From: an uncultured Thermoplasmata archaeon
GTDB lineage: Archaea > Thermoplasmatota > Thermoplasmata > RBG-16-68-12
Assembly (NCBI GenBank): GCA_963768855.1
Contig: CAVYJM010000008.1
Location: 1-64,000, forward strand
DNA length: 64,000 nucleotides
Direction: 5' to 3'
This document shows, piece after piece, positions 38,219-47,938 of the stretch; positions within the stretch are counted from its first letter, which is position 1, and every line of letters begins with the position of its first letter. Below the pieces are notes generated by a model that searched no databases, was not told where the DNA came from, and saw nothing but the letters and a program-made list of their open reading frames with translations. The translations under genes were made by a program, and so were the position numbers.

Positions 38219-38652
38219 GGAAACCTCAGCCGCATCACGCGTTCCAGGGATTCCCGCGCGTCCGGCACGACCTCGTACTCGCCGAGCTCCTTCAGCGGGA
38301 GGAACCGCGCGTTCTCCGCATCGCTCGCGGGGAAGGGCTCGCCAGAGACGTAGTCACAGAGGACCCCGAACAGGACGTAGTGCCACCGCACCCGCCCCGC
38401 GACGTCCCGGACGATCACGTCCCGGATGTCCACCACGCAGCGCGGCCGCACGACCACCCCGGTCTCCTCGAGGGTCTCCCGAGCGGCGGCCTGCTCCACG
38501 GTCTCCCCGAGCTCCAGGGATCCTCCCGGCGGGCTCCACAGGCCCTTGCTCGGCTCGTCGTTCCGCTTCACGAGGAGGACGGCATCGTCGCGGAACACAA
38601 TCGCGTCGACCGCCGGGACGGGCCGCTCGGGGAACTCGTTGGGCGAAACCAT
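38215..38652 (-). CDS. NUDIX hydrolase (MutT/ADP-ribose pyrophosphatase-like)
   Basis: Nudix box [23 protein letters not shown]. Confidence 0.95.
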   Translation of the reverse strand: MVSPNEFPERPVPAVDAIVFRDDAVLLVKRNDEPSKGLWSPPGGSLELGETVEQAAARETLEETGVVVRPRCVVDIRDVIVRDVAGRVRWHYVLFGVLCDYVSGEPFPASDAENARFLPLKELGEYEVVPDARESLERVMRLRFP

Positions 38653-38682
38653 CGTCTCCCCCGGACCCTCGCGAGGCCGATT

Positions 38683-40026
38683 TTAGCTTTGCGACGGGAT
38701 TGGAGAACGCGGCGGGGCGAGGTCGACCAGGGACACGAAGTCGTCGAACGTTCGCTGGTGGAGGACGTACTTCAGGACCTCGCTGATCCGGACGTACCGG
38801 GCCATGGGGATGTCGAGGCGCGTCGGCAGGTAGGCCAGCGTCTCCGCCAGGGTCGCGAAGGCCCGCGAAGGCCGGCGCAGCGCGTCGCGGACATGCTCCC
38901 GCACGTTCCAGACGCCGACGGGCATGATGTACCCGGGGTGGGTCTCCCGCAGGATGACCGTCGCGGCCTGGCGCCGCTCCCGGAGCAGGGCCTCGGCCAC
39001 CGCGAGGCGAGCGGCGTAGTAGCAGCCGCCGATGCTCGCGTACGTCGTGCGGCCTTCGTAGCCCTCGTGGTCCCCGAAGATGACGACCTCACGCCCCAGC
39101 GGGTTCCACAGCGTGCTCGGGTACCACGCCTCGATCAGCTCGTACCGCCACGGTCGCGGCATCTGGATGACGAGGAACCGGTCGTCGAAGCCCACCGCCT
39201 CGAAGACGCGGATCGTGTCGACGAGCGGGAGCTCCTTGACCTTCTCCCGGAGGACCTTGCCGATCGTGTCGTCCACGGCCGTAATCGACCACCGCGTCGG
39301 CACGAACTTGCGGTTCTTGCTGATCCCGAAGGCTCCCACGCTGAAGGCGCGCTGGATCTTCGAGACGGGGACCTGTCCGCGGTACAGCTCGACGACCGCC
39401 TCGCGGGCCAGGAGGTCCCCGTCCGAATAGGCGCGGTCCAGCCGCGGGTCGACCTTGATCGTGCCGACATCCACGTCGCGCAAGGGTGCGGAGGGGCCGA
39501 AGGGCTGCACGTTGTCGTCGAGGACCATCCGCCCGTGCGGCTTCTTCGTGAAGGAGACCTCCATCTCCGCGGAGGCCACGGAGAGCGCGAGCTCGCGGGT
39601 CAGGTCGACGACCCGGCCCCCCGTCTCGACGTCCATCACGTGGACTCGGTGCATCCCGCGGACGAGCTGGGACCGGAACGAGACGATGTCCTCCATGGAC
39701 TTTCCGATCCAGGACTCCGGGGTGTCGAGCACCTCCGTGTCTCCGTGGACGGGCGGGACGAGCGGCCCGACGAACACCTTGGGATATCCGAACCGCCCGA
39801 CGAACACGCCGGGAGGTGAGGCGCCCTCGAGGTCCAAGCGGTCGATCGCGGGCGCCGTGCGCATCATGAAGTCCCACCGTACGAGGATGGGGCAGCGCGC
39901 CTTGCCGCAGAGCAGCTTCGCCCCGCGGCAGGAGATGCAGAGGCCGCCCGCGATGGCCCTCTGCGTGTCCGCGTCGAACAGGTTGTTGAAGTCCGGCGTC
40001 GCCTGCACGGCCGGAAGCGGGATCAT
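38683..40026 (-). CDS. nreA: Nre family DNA repair protein (DUF650/DUF651)
   Basis: LCISCRGAKLLCGKARCP, SPPGVFVGRFGYPKV, VPTRWSITAVD, GGCYYAARLAV, LREIxPGY-like LRETHPGY, C-terminal PIP-like QRTFDDF. Confidence 0.92.
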   Translation of the reverse strand: MIPLPAVQATPDFNNLFDADTQRAIAGGLCISCRGAKLLCGKARCPILVRWDFMMRTAPAIDRLDLEGASPPGVFVGRFGYPKVFVGPLVPPVHGDTEVLDTPESWIGKSMEDIVSFRSQLVRGMHRVHVMDVETGGRVVDLTRELALSVASAEMEVSFTKKPHGRMVLDDNVQPFGPSAPLRDVDVGTIKVDPRLDRAYSDGDLLAREAVVELYRGQVPVSKIQRAFSVGAFGISKNRKFVPTRWSITAVDDTIGKVLREKVKELPLVDTIRVFEAVGFDDRFLVIQMPRPWRYELIEAWYPSTLWNPLGREVVIFGDHEGYEGRTTYASIGGCYYAARLAVAEALLRERRQAATVILRETHPGYIMPVGVWNVREHVRDALRRPSRAFATLAETLAYLPTRLDIPMARYVRISEVLKYVLHQRTFDDFVSLVDLAPPRSPIPSQS

Positions 40027-40126
40027 CGCAGGCGCCCCAGTTCCCGCGGGCTTTATGAAGGTGGTGGAGGGGGTGCCGAAACGGGCGACGGGAACCCTTA
40101 TGGCCCCCTTGCGGCGTTGCCGGGGC

Positions 40127-40927
40127 GTGCCCGAGCCGCTCCTCGCGCTGAACACGGAGGACCGCATCCTCCTCTATCTCACCGACTTCCGGCACATGGA
40201 AGAGCGCTTCGTCCTGCCGCAGGCCCTTACCCAGAAGGCGATCGCCTACGCCGCGGGCATCCAGCGGAAGCATCTCTCGCGCTACCTCGACGAGATGGCC
40301 AAGGCCGGGTACCTGGTCGAGGCAAAGGGGCACGTCGAAGGTGAGAAGCAGCGGATGCTCGCGTACTACCTGGCCCCGCGCGGCTGGGAGCGGGCCCTCG
40401 CGATCAAGCAGCGGCTCGCCGCGATCCGCGTTCCCGTGAAGCTGAAGGACGAGACGAAGCCGATGACGCTGGAGGAGATCGACAAGGCCACCTCCGCCCA
40501 CCTGACCTTCGCCGACATCGTGCGCGAGGCGATGAACGTCGACACCCTCGACCTGGAGTACCTGAGCGGGATTGACGAGCGCCGCAAGCGCGAGATGGAC
40601 GAACGGGTGAAGGACCTGGAGGACTACACGCGGGCCGTCATGACGGCATGGAAGGACGGTCGCGTCACCGCGACGGAACGGCTCCTGATCGAGCAGCTCC
40701 GTGAGCACCTCGGCATCTCGAGGGAGGAGCGCGACCGTATCGAGACGCAGGTTGTGGAGGAGGTCCTGGCGAACCGCGAGGGGATCTACCGCGCCGTCGC
40801 GGTCGAGGCGGTCGAGCAGGGGCCGATCGCTCCGACCACCCGCGAGCTGCTCGAAGCGCTCCGGAAGAAGCTTGGCCTCTCGGACCAGGACTGCGCCCGG
40901 ATCGAGGCCTCCCTGGCGAAGGCCTGA
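40127..40927 (+). CDS. Winged-helix protein fused to two TerB-like helical repeats
   Basis: LTQKAIAYAAGIQRKHLSRYLDEM..GYL (HTH); two repeats AWKDGRVT..ER..LREHLGIS and AVEQGPI..RELL..LRKKLGLS. Confidence 0.8.
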   Translation: MPEPLLALNTEDRILLYLTDFRHMEERFVLPQALTQKAIAYAAGIQRKHLSRYLDEMAKAGYLVEAKGHVEGEKQRMLAYYLAPRGWERALAIKQRLAAIRVPVKLKDETKPMTLEEIDKATSAHLTFADIVREAMNVDTLDLEYLSGIDERRKREMDERVKDLEDYTRAVMTAWKDGRVTATERLLIEQLREHLGISREERDRIETQVVEEVLANREGIYRAVAVEAVEQGPIAPTTRELLEALRKKLGLSDQDCARIEASLAKA

Positions 40928-40939
40928 CCCAGGCCGGGT

Positions 40940-41128
40940 TCACGACTTCCCGCGAATCAGCGGCAGCAAGATCAGGCCGAGGCACACCACGTTGACCACG
41001 AAGAGCGGGATCCACCACCACTCGAACGTGAGCGGCGTGGCGGACCACCACAGGTCTAGGCCGATGACCATGAGCACGAGAAGCCAGAATCCCTGACGCC
41101 GGAGAGTCAGCCGAGCTCCCTCCCGCAT
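40940..41128 (-). CDS. Small two-TM membrane protein
   Basis: 62 aa with two hydrophobic helices; it follows DUF655 in the operon. Confidence 0.7.
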   Translation of the reverse strand: MREGARLTLRRQGFWLLVLMVIGLDLWWSATPLTFEWWWIPLFVVNVVCLGLILLPLIRGKS

Positions 41129-41138
41129 CCTCCTCCGG

Positions 41139-41705
41139 CTAACGCGCGACGAACAAGCGGTACTTCTGGGTCGGGTCCGAGATCTCCATCTCGATCCGCT
41201 TCGCGATCAGCTTCTCCGGATGGTGGACGCTCGGCACCCGCTTGTCGAAGTCCGCGAAGTCCTTGAAGGGGCCCTTCTTGCGCTCCTCGAGGATCGCCCA
41301 CATCGTCTTCTTGCCGAGCCCGGGCAGGAGCTCGAGCATGTGGAAGCGCGTCGTGATCGCCTGGGCCTTGTTGAAGAAATCGATGAACCGCGGCTCCTTC
41401 TCCTTGACGATCTCCGCGACGACGAACGGGAGCTCCTTCTGCGCGCCGACGGTGAGCTCCCCGTAGGCCACGCGCCGCTTCACGTGGAGGATGTCCTTCC
41501 GGAGGTCGATCTCCTTGCCGATGTACACCCGCGCGCTGACGGGCAGGTCCGCGCCCTCCTTGGGCACGAGCTCGAAGAGCTTGAACTCGTCCTCGCCCAA
41601 CGCGTAGGCGAGGGGCTCGCGGTGGTACTTGGACTGGTCGGGATGACCTTGCGGTAAGTAGTCGAGGATGCGGGCGTAGTCTTCCACGGAAATCGCCTCG
41701 GTCAA
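41139..41705 (-). CDS. DUF655 putative RNA-binding protein
   Basis: YARILDYLP.G, FKLFEL, FFN.AQ.ITTR.H.LELLPG.GKK, F.DF.D; canonical position after rpo4. Confidence 0.95.
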   Translation of the reverse strand: MTEAISVEDYARILDYLPQGHPDQSKYHREPLAYALGEDEFKLFELVPKEGADLPVSARVYIGKEIDLRKDILHVKRRVAYGELTVGAQKELPFVVAEIVKEKEPRFIDFFNKAQAITTRFHMLELLPGLGKKTMWAILEERKKGPFKDFADFDKRVPSVHHPEKLIAKRIEMEISDPTQKYRLFVAR

Positions 41706-42040
41706 CGGTACTTGTTGACGATCTCCAGGACCTTCTCGGCATCCTCTTTGGAGAGGGCGAACCGTTCCTTGGCAAAGATTGCGCGCACGTCGTCGAGGTG
41801 CGTCGGGAGGACGTCCGCGATCTTCGCGGCGTTGGCCTGGGACATCATGGGGACCTCCATGAGTTCCTTGACCATCGCGGGGACCTTCTCCGGCGCGATC
41901 CGGGCGAATGCGGCGGCGTGGGACAGGGCGTACTGCTGCTCCGAGGTCAGGTCGCCCCGGGCCGCCTTCTCCCGCTCCAGGATGATCTTGAGTTCCGAAA
42001 GGGACACGTATTCCTCTTCCACTGGCAACCCCCTAGGCAC
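41702..42040 (-). CDS. rpoF: RNA polymerase subunit Rpo4 (F)
   Basis: YVSLSE.K.IL..EQQYAL.HA..F..KIADVLP...DDVRAIFAKE. Confidence 0.95.
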   Translation of the reverse strand: MPRGLPVEEEYVSLSELKIILEREKAARGDLTSEQQYALSHAAAFARIAPEKVPAMVKELMEVPMMSQANAAKIADVLPTHLDDVRAIFAKERFALSKEDAEKVLEIVNKYR

Positions 42041-42323
42041 GACGCAGGTGCTCCGGGAGGACCACGCCCTGCTTGATGCGCGATCCGAAGCGGACGTCCA
42101 CCAGGTACGCCCGCCCCCGCTTCCCGACGACGGTGCCGGTCATGCCGTGGAACCGGTTGTGGGGCCACCCCTTCTGAATGCTCGAGTCGATGAGGATCGT
42201 GACCTTGTCCCCGACCTCGAAGCTCTGGAACGAACGGGTGATCGGGGAGAGCCCGCGCTCGCGGGGGCTGCGGCGGTACTTCTGCCGCGTCTTCTCCATG
42301 ATGCCCTTGGAGGCCTTTACCAT
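42033..42323 (-). CDS. rpl21e: 50S ribosomal protein L21e
   Basis: SKG..KTR.K..FEVGDKVTI.ID..KGWPH.RFHG.TG.V..RG.AY.V. Confidence 0.97.
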   Translation of the reverse strand: MVKASKGIMEKTRQKYRRSPRERGLSPITRSFQSFEVGDKVTILIDSSIQKGWPHNRFHGMTGTVVGKRGRAYLVDVRFGSRIKQGVVLPEHLRRA

Positions 42324-42329
42324 GCTCCG

Positions 42330-43538
42330 TCACCTCTCGTCGTGGATCTCCACGACGTCCAGTTCGAGGACCTCGCACGCGACCCCGAGTTGGTCCGCGA
42401 GGGACGGTTTCGTTCTCCCCTGGTCCCCGTGGACCAGCTCCTTGATGTAGGAGCCGGCCTCCGCGGTGACCCGGAGTTCCGCCACGGTCCCGTCCGTCGA
42501 GAGGAGTTCCGCTCTCTTGATGGACCGATGCCGCGTCGTGTCCGCCCGCCGATGGACCACCCTGGTCGGGGTGCGCTGCGCGATCGGCTGCGCCTCCAAG
42601 ATGGTCATCTCCTTTTTAAGTTTTGCCTCGTCCACCGGGGAGGCGAAGCGGACCAGGACCCGATACGTCTTGTCCGCGCGGTCCGACTTCACCGCGACGA
42701 CGTCGGCACGGGTCGCGCTCAGGAAGGCGTCCACCTCCACCTGTCCCGAGGCGTTCACACGGTCGCGGGCCCCGGCCAAGTCGAGATGCCGCTTCCGGGG
42801 TTCCTTGATCTCGAGGACGAACGGGCGGCCCGAGCCCAGCATCCGGGCGTCGATGTCCTCCCGTCCCATGCCGTGGAGGGCGTGGCCGGTGCCGCCGGAC
42901 TCCCGCATGATCTCCGTTGCGAGGACCTCCTCGACGCTCGTGGGGTACATCTTGCCCGTGCCGCCGCACTTCGCGCAGCCCTTCCCGCGACAGCGGTTGC
43001 AGGGCCACCGAGTCTGCGGGATTCCTCGGACCAGCTTGCGGTACCGTGCGCGGAGGAAGAGGGGGTTCACGTGCAGGTCCACATGGTCGAACGACGTGTC
43101 CACGATCGCGAGGATGTCCGGGTTCGCGAGGGACGGTTCCTTCTTCACGAGGTCGCAGACCCGCTTGCCCACCTCGCGGTTGATCTCCGACTTCAACGCC
43201 TCCTGGTTCGCCAGGGCGAGGTCGGACCAGAGGGATTCCTCGCGGCCCTGGACCTCCGGGTCGACCTTGGATCCGATGAGGAACGTGTCGAACTCCCAGA
43301 GCTCGAGCTTCTTCGCAACGAGCCGGGCGAGCGCGTCGTAGCGGGAGGTGAGACCGGAGCAGACCCAGCAGGGCCCCGTCCGGAGACGTGCCGCGGCGCG
43401 GACGGGTGCGCCGCGCTCCTCGTTCGTGTGGCCGTGGCCCAGCTTGCCGAACAGCCGGCCGAGACAGGCATCGCAGAGCGTCCGCTCCCCGAGCTTCGAC
43501 CAGTCGACCGCCCGAGCCGCGGCGAGGACCTCGTCCAC
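42330..43538 (-). CDS. pus10: tRNA pseudouridine(54/55) synthase Pus10
   Basis: LCDACLGR, YRKLVRGIPQTRW, HGMGREDIDARMLG.GRPFVLE, QRTP.RV.HRR, GSYIKELVHGD.GRT.PS. Confidence 0.97.
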   Translation of the reverse strand: MDEVLAAARAVDWSKLGERTLCDACLGRLFGKLGHGHTNEERGAPVRAAARLRTGPCWVCSGLTSRYDALARLVAKKLELWEFDTFLIGSKVDPEVQGREESLWSDLALANQEALKSEINREVGKRVCDLVKKEPSLANPDILAIVDTSFDHVDLHVNPLFLRARYRKLVRGIPQTRWPCNRCRGKGCAKCGGTGKMYPTSVEEVLATEIMRESGGTGHALHGMGREDIDARMLGSGRPFVLEIKEPRKRHLDLAGARDRVNASGQVEVDAFLSATRADVVAVKSDRADKTYRVLVRFASPVDEAKLKKEMTILEAQPIAQRTPTRVVHRRADTTRHRSIKRAELLSTDGTVAELRVTAEAGSYIKELVHGDQGRTKPSLADQLGVACEVLELDVVEIHDER

Positions 43539-43569
43539 GTCGTCCGCAAGGGGAGGACGGGCTTAAGCT

Positions 43570-43713
43570 TCACCCCACGCCGAAGACGGGACTGAGGATG
43601 ACGCCGAGTTTGAGATTCGGCAACATCCCGCCCCCGATCTCGAGGAAGGAGCCAGCAATCCCAGCGACGGGCGCCCGGACCGAGAGGACGAGCAACGCCA
43701 CGAGGATGTCCAT
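43570..43713 (-). pseudogene. Possible TauE/SafE exporter N-terminal fragment
   Basis: AGIAGSFLEIGGGM resembles the GxxGSLLGIGGG motif; only 47 aa. Confidence 0.35.
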
Positions 43714-43844
43714 GCATCGCGACGAGGGCAAGGCACGAATGCGTTTGCGGCGGATCGATGCCGCAGAGAGCTCCGGCGCGAGCCCGCGTCCAAGGAACAA
43801 GGTTTATTCGGGGCCGGCTGCTCAGCGCGTCCGAGGCGGCCCGG

Positions 43845-46274
43845 GTGCGTTCCATCTTCCACATCCTTCTCAGCAGCCCGAGCCCCCCCTCGGCGCCGCC
43901 GCAAGTCCCACCGACGGATCTGGAGATTGGCCTCGCGGCCGAAGAGGTTGCGCGCCGACTCCAAACGTTCGGCGCCAATGAGGTCCCGGAACGGAAGCAG
44001 AGCACCATCCTGCGATTCCTTCGCAAGTTCTGGGGTCTGACACCCTGGATGCTCGAGCTTACCGCCCTCCTGACCTTGTTCCTGAGGAACCTCGGAGACA
44101 CGTACATCGTTCTCGGCCTCCTGATCCTGAACGCCGTCCTCGGGTTCTACCAGGAGGAACGGGCCAGCGCGGCCATCACCTATCTGCGTCGCCAGCTCCA
44201 GGTCAACGCACGGGTGAAGCGTGACGGCAAATGGTCCCTCGTCCCCGCGCGCGAGCTCGTGCCCGGCGACCTGGTGCGGATCCGAACCGGCGACTTCGTC
44301 CCGGCCGACCTGAAGATCCACGTGGGCTCCGTGGAGGTCGACCAGTCCGCGGTGACGGGCGAGTCCCTCGCCGTCGAGAAAGGCGTCGGAGGGCTCGTCG
44401 TCTCCGGCTCGACCATCGCCCACGGCGAGGCGACCGGCGTCGTCGTCGCCACGGGGACCAAGACGTATTTCGGGAAGACCGTCGAGCTCGTGCAGATCGC
44501 GAAGCCAAAACTCCACATGGAGGAAGTGACCTCGAAGGTCGTCCAGTGGCTCCTCGTCATGGTGGGCAGCCTGCTCGCGGTCGCGATCGCGTATACGGCG
44601 ATCATCGGCCAGGACGTGTTCGCGATCCTCCCTCTCGCGGTCGTCCTGCTCGTGTCCGCGATTCCCGTCGCCCTGCCGACGATGTTCACGATCTCCATGG
44701 CCCTCGGATCCCTGGAGCTCGCGAAGAAGGGCGTGCTCATCACACGGCTCAGCGCTGGAGAGGACGCTGCCACGATGGACGTGCTGTGCGCGGACAAGAC
44801 CGGGACGATCACGCTCAACCGGCTCCGCGTCGTCGAGGCCGTGCCGCTGAACGGGTACTCGGCCGAGGACGTAATCCGCTATGGGGCGCTCGCCTCCCAC
44901 GAGGCGAACCGCGACCCGATTGACCTGGCGGTCCTCGAGGCGGCAGACTCCAGCGGCGTGGAGGGCCAGGGCTGGGTGCAGCGGGCCTTCGTCCCCTTCG
45001 ATCCGGCCACCCGCCGAACCGCCGCCGCGATCGAGAAGGACGGCGCGAAGCTGTTCGTCCTGAAAGGGGCGATCCACGCGGTCGTGGCGCCCGGGTCGTC
45101 GAAGGAGGACCTGGCCCGGGTGGTCAAGGAGGTCGAGCGGCTCTCCGCGAAGGGATATCGTTCGCTCGCGGTCAGCATCGGCCCGGCGCTCGACCAGACC
45201 ACGCCGGTCGGCATCCTCGCCCTCGCGGACCCGCCGCGCGAGGACTCCGCACGCTACCTCCAGGAGCTCCGTGGGCTCGGCATCTCGGTCAAGATGCTCA
45301 CGGGGGACGCCCTCCCCATCGCCCGCGAACTGGCATCGGAGGTCGGGCTCGGAGACCAGATCACGCGCATGGCCGACGTGAAGGCGAGCCTTGGCACCGG
45401 CCGGGACTTCGGCGCGATCGAAAGGTCGGCGGGGTTCGCAGAGATCTACCCGGAGGACAAGTACCTCGTGGTGAAGGCCCTCCAGGAGCACCGCCACGTC
45501 GTCGGCATGACGGGCGACGGGGTGAACGACGCCCCCGCCCTGAAGCAGGCCGAGGTCGGCATCGCGGTCAGCAACGCCACGGACGTGGCCAAGAAGTCGG
45601 CGAGCGTCGTCCTGACCCACGAAGGGCTCTCCGGCACAATCGACCTCGTGAAGTCCGGGCGCATGATCTACCAGCGCATCATCACGTGGATCCTGAACAA
45701 GGTCGTGAAGACGTTCCAGATCGTCGTGTTCGTCGTCCTCGCGTTCCTCCTCACCGGAGAGTACGTCGTCTCCGTATTCAGCATGATCCTCTTCCTCTTC
45801 GTCACGGACTTTGTCACGCTGTCCCTGGCCACCGACACGGTCCGCTACTCGGAGACGCCCGACACCTGGGACATCCTGGGGCTCGTCAAGGTGGCGGTGG
45901 CCCTCGGGGTCCTCATCGTCGCGGAGTCGTTCGGGCTCCTGCTCCTCGGGGACCGCCTGTTCGGCCTCGCCGCAGACGTGCCCGCGCTCCAGACCTTCGT
46001 CTTCGACTTCCTTGTGTTCCTGGGCGTCCTACATGTCCTGATCCTTCGCGAACGTCGCCACTTCTGGGAGAGCCGGCCGAGCGTCCCCCTGCTCCTCGCG
46101 GTACTCCTCGACATCCTGCTGGTCGCAGCGATCTCGGCGCTGGGCTTCTTCCAGCTACATGCCATCGGACCGCTGGAGATCCTGACCGTGCTGGGGTACT
46201 CGGCGGCGGCCGCGTTCCTGGTCAACGACCTTGTGAAGGCCGCGCTCGTGCGGAGGTTCTGGCCGTGGGCCTGA
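43845..46274 (+). CDS. Plasma-membrane-type proton-efflux P-type ATPase (P3A)
   Basis: [58 protein letters not shown]. The start is approximate. Confidence 0.92.
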   Translation: MRSIFHILLSSPSPPSAPPQVPPTDLEIGLAAEEVARRLQTFGANEVPERKQSTILRFLRKFWGLTPWMLELTALLTLFLRNLGDTYIVLGLLILNAVLGFYQEERASAAITYLRRQLQVNARVKRDGKWSLVPARELVPGDLVRIRTGDFVPADLKIHVGSVEVDQSAVTGESLAVEKGVGGLVVSGSTIAHGEATGVVVATGTKTYFGKTVELVQIAKPKLHMEEVTSKVVQWLLVMVGSLLAVAIAYTAIIGQDVFAILPLAVVLLVSAIPVALPTMFTISMALGSLELAKKGVLITRLSAGEDAATMDVLCADKTGTITLNRLRVVEAVPLNGYSAEDVIRYGALASHEANRDPIDLAVLEAADSSGVEGQGWVQRAFVPFDPATRRTAAAIEKDGAKLFVLKGAIHAVVAPGSSKEDLARVVKEVERLSAKGYRSLAVSIGPALDQTTPVGILALADPPREDSARYLQELRGLGISVKMLTGDALPIARELASEVGLGDQITRMADVKASLGTGRDFGAIERSAGFAEIYPEDKYLVVKALQEHRHVVGMTGDGVNDAPALKQAEVGIAVSNATDVAKKSASVVLTHEGLSGTIDLVKSGRMIYQRIITWILNKVVKTFQIVVFVVLAFLLTGEYVVSVFSMILFLFVTDFVTLSLATDTVRYSETPDTWDILGLVKVAVALGVLIVAESFGLLLLGDRLFGLAADVPALQTFVFDFLVFLGVLHVLILRERRHFWESRPSVPLLLAVLLDILLVAAISALGFFQLHAIGPLEILTVLGYSAAAAFLVNDLVKAALVRRFWPWA

Positions 46275-46556
46275 GACGTTCGCCGGTCGGTTCAGAATGA
46301 TCTCGATGCTGCTCACGCTGGCCGTCTTGCCGTCGTCCCCCGTCAGCCTCTCCGTGGCGATGCGGACGTCGCGGACCTTGGAGCCCGGGACGAAGCGGTT
46401 GCGTACGATCTCGGCCACGTCCACGGCCCGAGCGATGGATCGGCCACGGGCTCTGACGATGACCTCCGCGCTGCCGGTGTTGAACTGCGTCACGACCGCG
46501 AGCACGTAGTTCATCGTGGGCTTCTTGCCGATGTAGACTGTGTTGGGCTCGGGCAT
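46155..46556 (-). CDS. albA: DNA/RNA-binding protein Alba with read-through C-terminal extension
   Basis: [39 protein letters not shown]. The ORF continues ~45 codons and overlaps the ATPase 3' end by 120 nt. Confidence 0.92.
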   Translation of the reverse strand: MPEPNTVYIGKKPTMNYVLAVVTQFNTGSAEVIVRARGRSIARAVDVAEIVRNRFVPGSKVRDVRIATERLTGDDGKTASVSSIEIILNRPANVSGPRPEPPHERGLHKVVDQERGRRRVPQHGQDLQRSDGM

Positions 46557-46714
46557 GGAGGAGGCTCCGGTCCGTCGCCCTGTTAGGAGGAGGTGCGATA
46601 TTAAGTCATTTCCCAGGAGACCTGGGGCTAGCCAGGATGCCAGGGGCCACCCCCAACGGAGGCGTTTCCGGTCGGAGAGACTCCGACGCTATGGCCAGAA
46701 CCTTCAAATACACA

Positions 46715-46735
46715 ATAGTTGTATTCTGCAACTAT
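46715..46735. promoter_or_regulatory. Inverted repeat ATAGTTG-N7-CAACTAT, probable MarR operator
   Basis: Perfect 7-bp arms overlapping the marR start codon, in an AT-rich patch. Confidence 0.7.
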
Positions 46736-47201
46736 GGAAGCAACCTCCCCCAAGGCGTGCGCGGGAGAAGTCCTGGACACCGTCCCCCTGATCATGCAAT
46801 TCATTCGCGTCGAGATGCGCCGCAGCCGTGGGCCCGGCGTATCCGTCCCCCAGTTCCGCGTCCTGACCTATCTGAACCGCACGGAAGGTGCGTCCCTGTC
46901 GGCCGTGGCCGACCGCGTGGGACTCAGCCTCCCCGCGATGTCGCGCCTCGTCGACGGGCTTGTGAGGCGCGAACTCGTTCGCCGCGAGGAGTCGGCGGAG
47001 GACCGGCGCCGGGTGACGCTGCGCCTGACGAACCTGGGCAAGGAACTCGTCCGCACGTCCCGAGTCGGGGCGCAGGCCCACCTGGCCGAGGCCCTGACGG
47101 CGCTCGCGCCCTCGGATCGTGCCGAGGTCGCCGAGGCGATGCGGCGACTCCGCCCCGTGTTCCTTCCCAAGCCTCGGTCACCCGACGGAACGGAGGGATG
47201 A
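46734..47201 (+). CDS. MarR family transcriptional regulator
   Basis: SVPQFRVLTYL..SLSAVA..LS...MSRLVDGLV...LVRR....DRR...L.LT.LG. Confidence 0.93.
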   Translation: MEATSPKACAGEVLDTVPLIMQFIRVEMRRSRGPGVSVPQFRVLTYLNRTEGASLSAVADRVGLSLPAMSRLVDGLVRRELVRREESAEDRRRVTLRLTNLGKELVRTSRVGAQAHLAEALTALAPSDRAEVAEAMRRLRPVFLPKPRSPDGTEG

Positions 47202-47675
47202 CTCACGCCGATCCTGGAGACCGAAAACCTCACCCGGCGCTTCGGTGAGCTCACGGCGGTGGATCGTTTCACCCTGAGCGTCGAAGCCGGCGAGACCTTC
47301 GGGCTGCTCGGTCCGAACGGCGCGGGGAAGACCACCGTGATTCGGATGCTGACGACCCTGCTCCCGCTTACCTCCGGTAGCGCGAGAATCGCGGGCTACG
47401 ACGTCGTGCACCGGGCGACCGATGTACGCCGGTCGATCGGCTACGTGTCCCAGATCCTCTCCGCCGACGGCAGCCTCACGGGGTGCGAGAACCTCCTCGT
47501 GTTCGCGCGCCTCTACGACCTCCCGCGCGACCAGATCCGAGCCCGCGTGGAGGAAGCCCTCCAGATCATGGGCCTCTCCATTTACGGCCTCCCGTTGGAC
47601 CTCGGCGTCCTCGGAGCCTTCGCGGTCGCCCTCGTGCTCATCGGGGGCCACTACTACGCGAAGCTCGTACTCTGA
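47198..47675 (+). pseudogene. Deletion chimera: N-half of DrrA-type ABC ATPase fused to C-terminal tail of ABC-2 permease
   Basis: Walker A GPNGAGKTT and IGYVSQ are present, but there is no signature or Walker B motif. The sequence jumps near 47576 to the TM tail SIYGLPLDLGVLGAFAVALV. There is also a frameshift in the first codons. Confidence 0.8.
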
Positions 47676-47731
47676 AGAGGGTGCGCGGGAAACGTTTTAA
47701 TAGCCCCCCGGGCATGGATTGACCGAGTCTC

Positions 47732-47896
47732 ATGCCGAAGAAACGCGACTCCGGATTCCAGTCCGCGGCGGGCCTCATCCGCTACTTCGACCAGGAGGAC
47801 GAGAAGGCCATCAAGGTCAATCCCTGGCTCGTCGTCGCGATGTGCGTCGCCATGTCTGCGATCGTCCTGGTCGCCGAGTTCGCGTGGCCGTTCTAG
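47732..47896 (+). CDS. secG: Preprotein translocase subunit Sec61beta
   Basis: Hand translation MPKKRDSGFQSAAGLIRYFDQEDEKAIKVNPWLVV..; promoter GAAACGTTTTAA at 47689. Confidence 0.93.
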   Translation: MPKKRDSGFQSAAGLIRYFDQEDEKAIKVNPWLVVAMCVAMSAIVLVAEFAWPF

Positions 47897-47938
47897 GCCC
47901 CGCGGAAGGCTTTTCACCTGTGCCGCGTTCCCCGCCCC

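Noticed and set aside
38620-38635. Partial match GCCGCTCGGGG to the 5.7-7.1 kb repeat
   Set aside because: It is short, inside the NUDIX coding sequence and expected by chance in GC-rich DNA.
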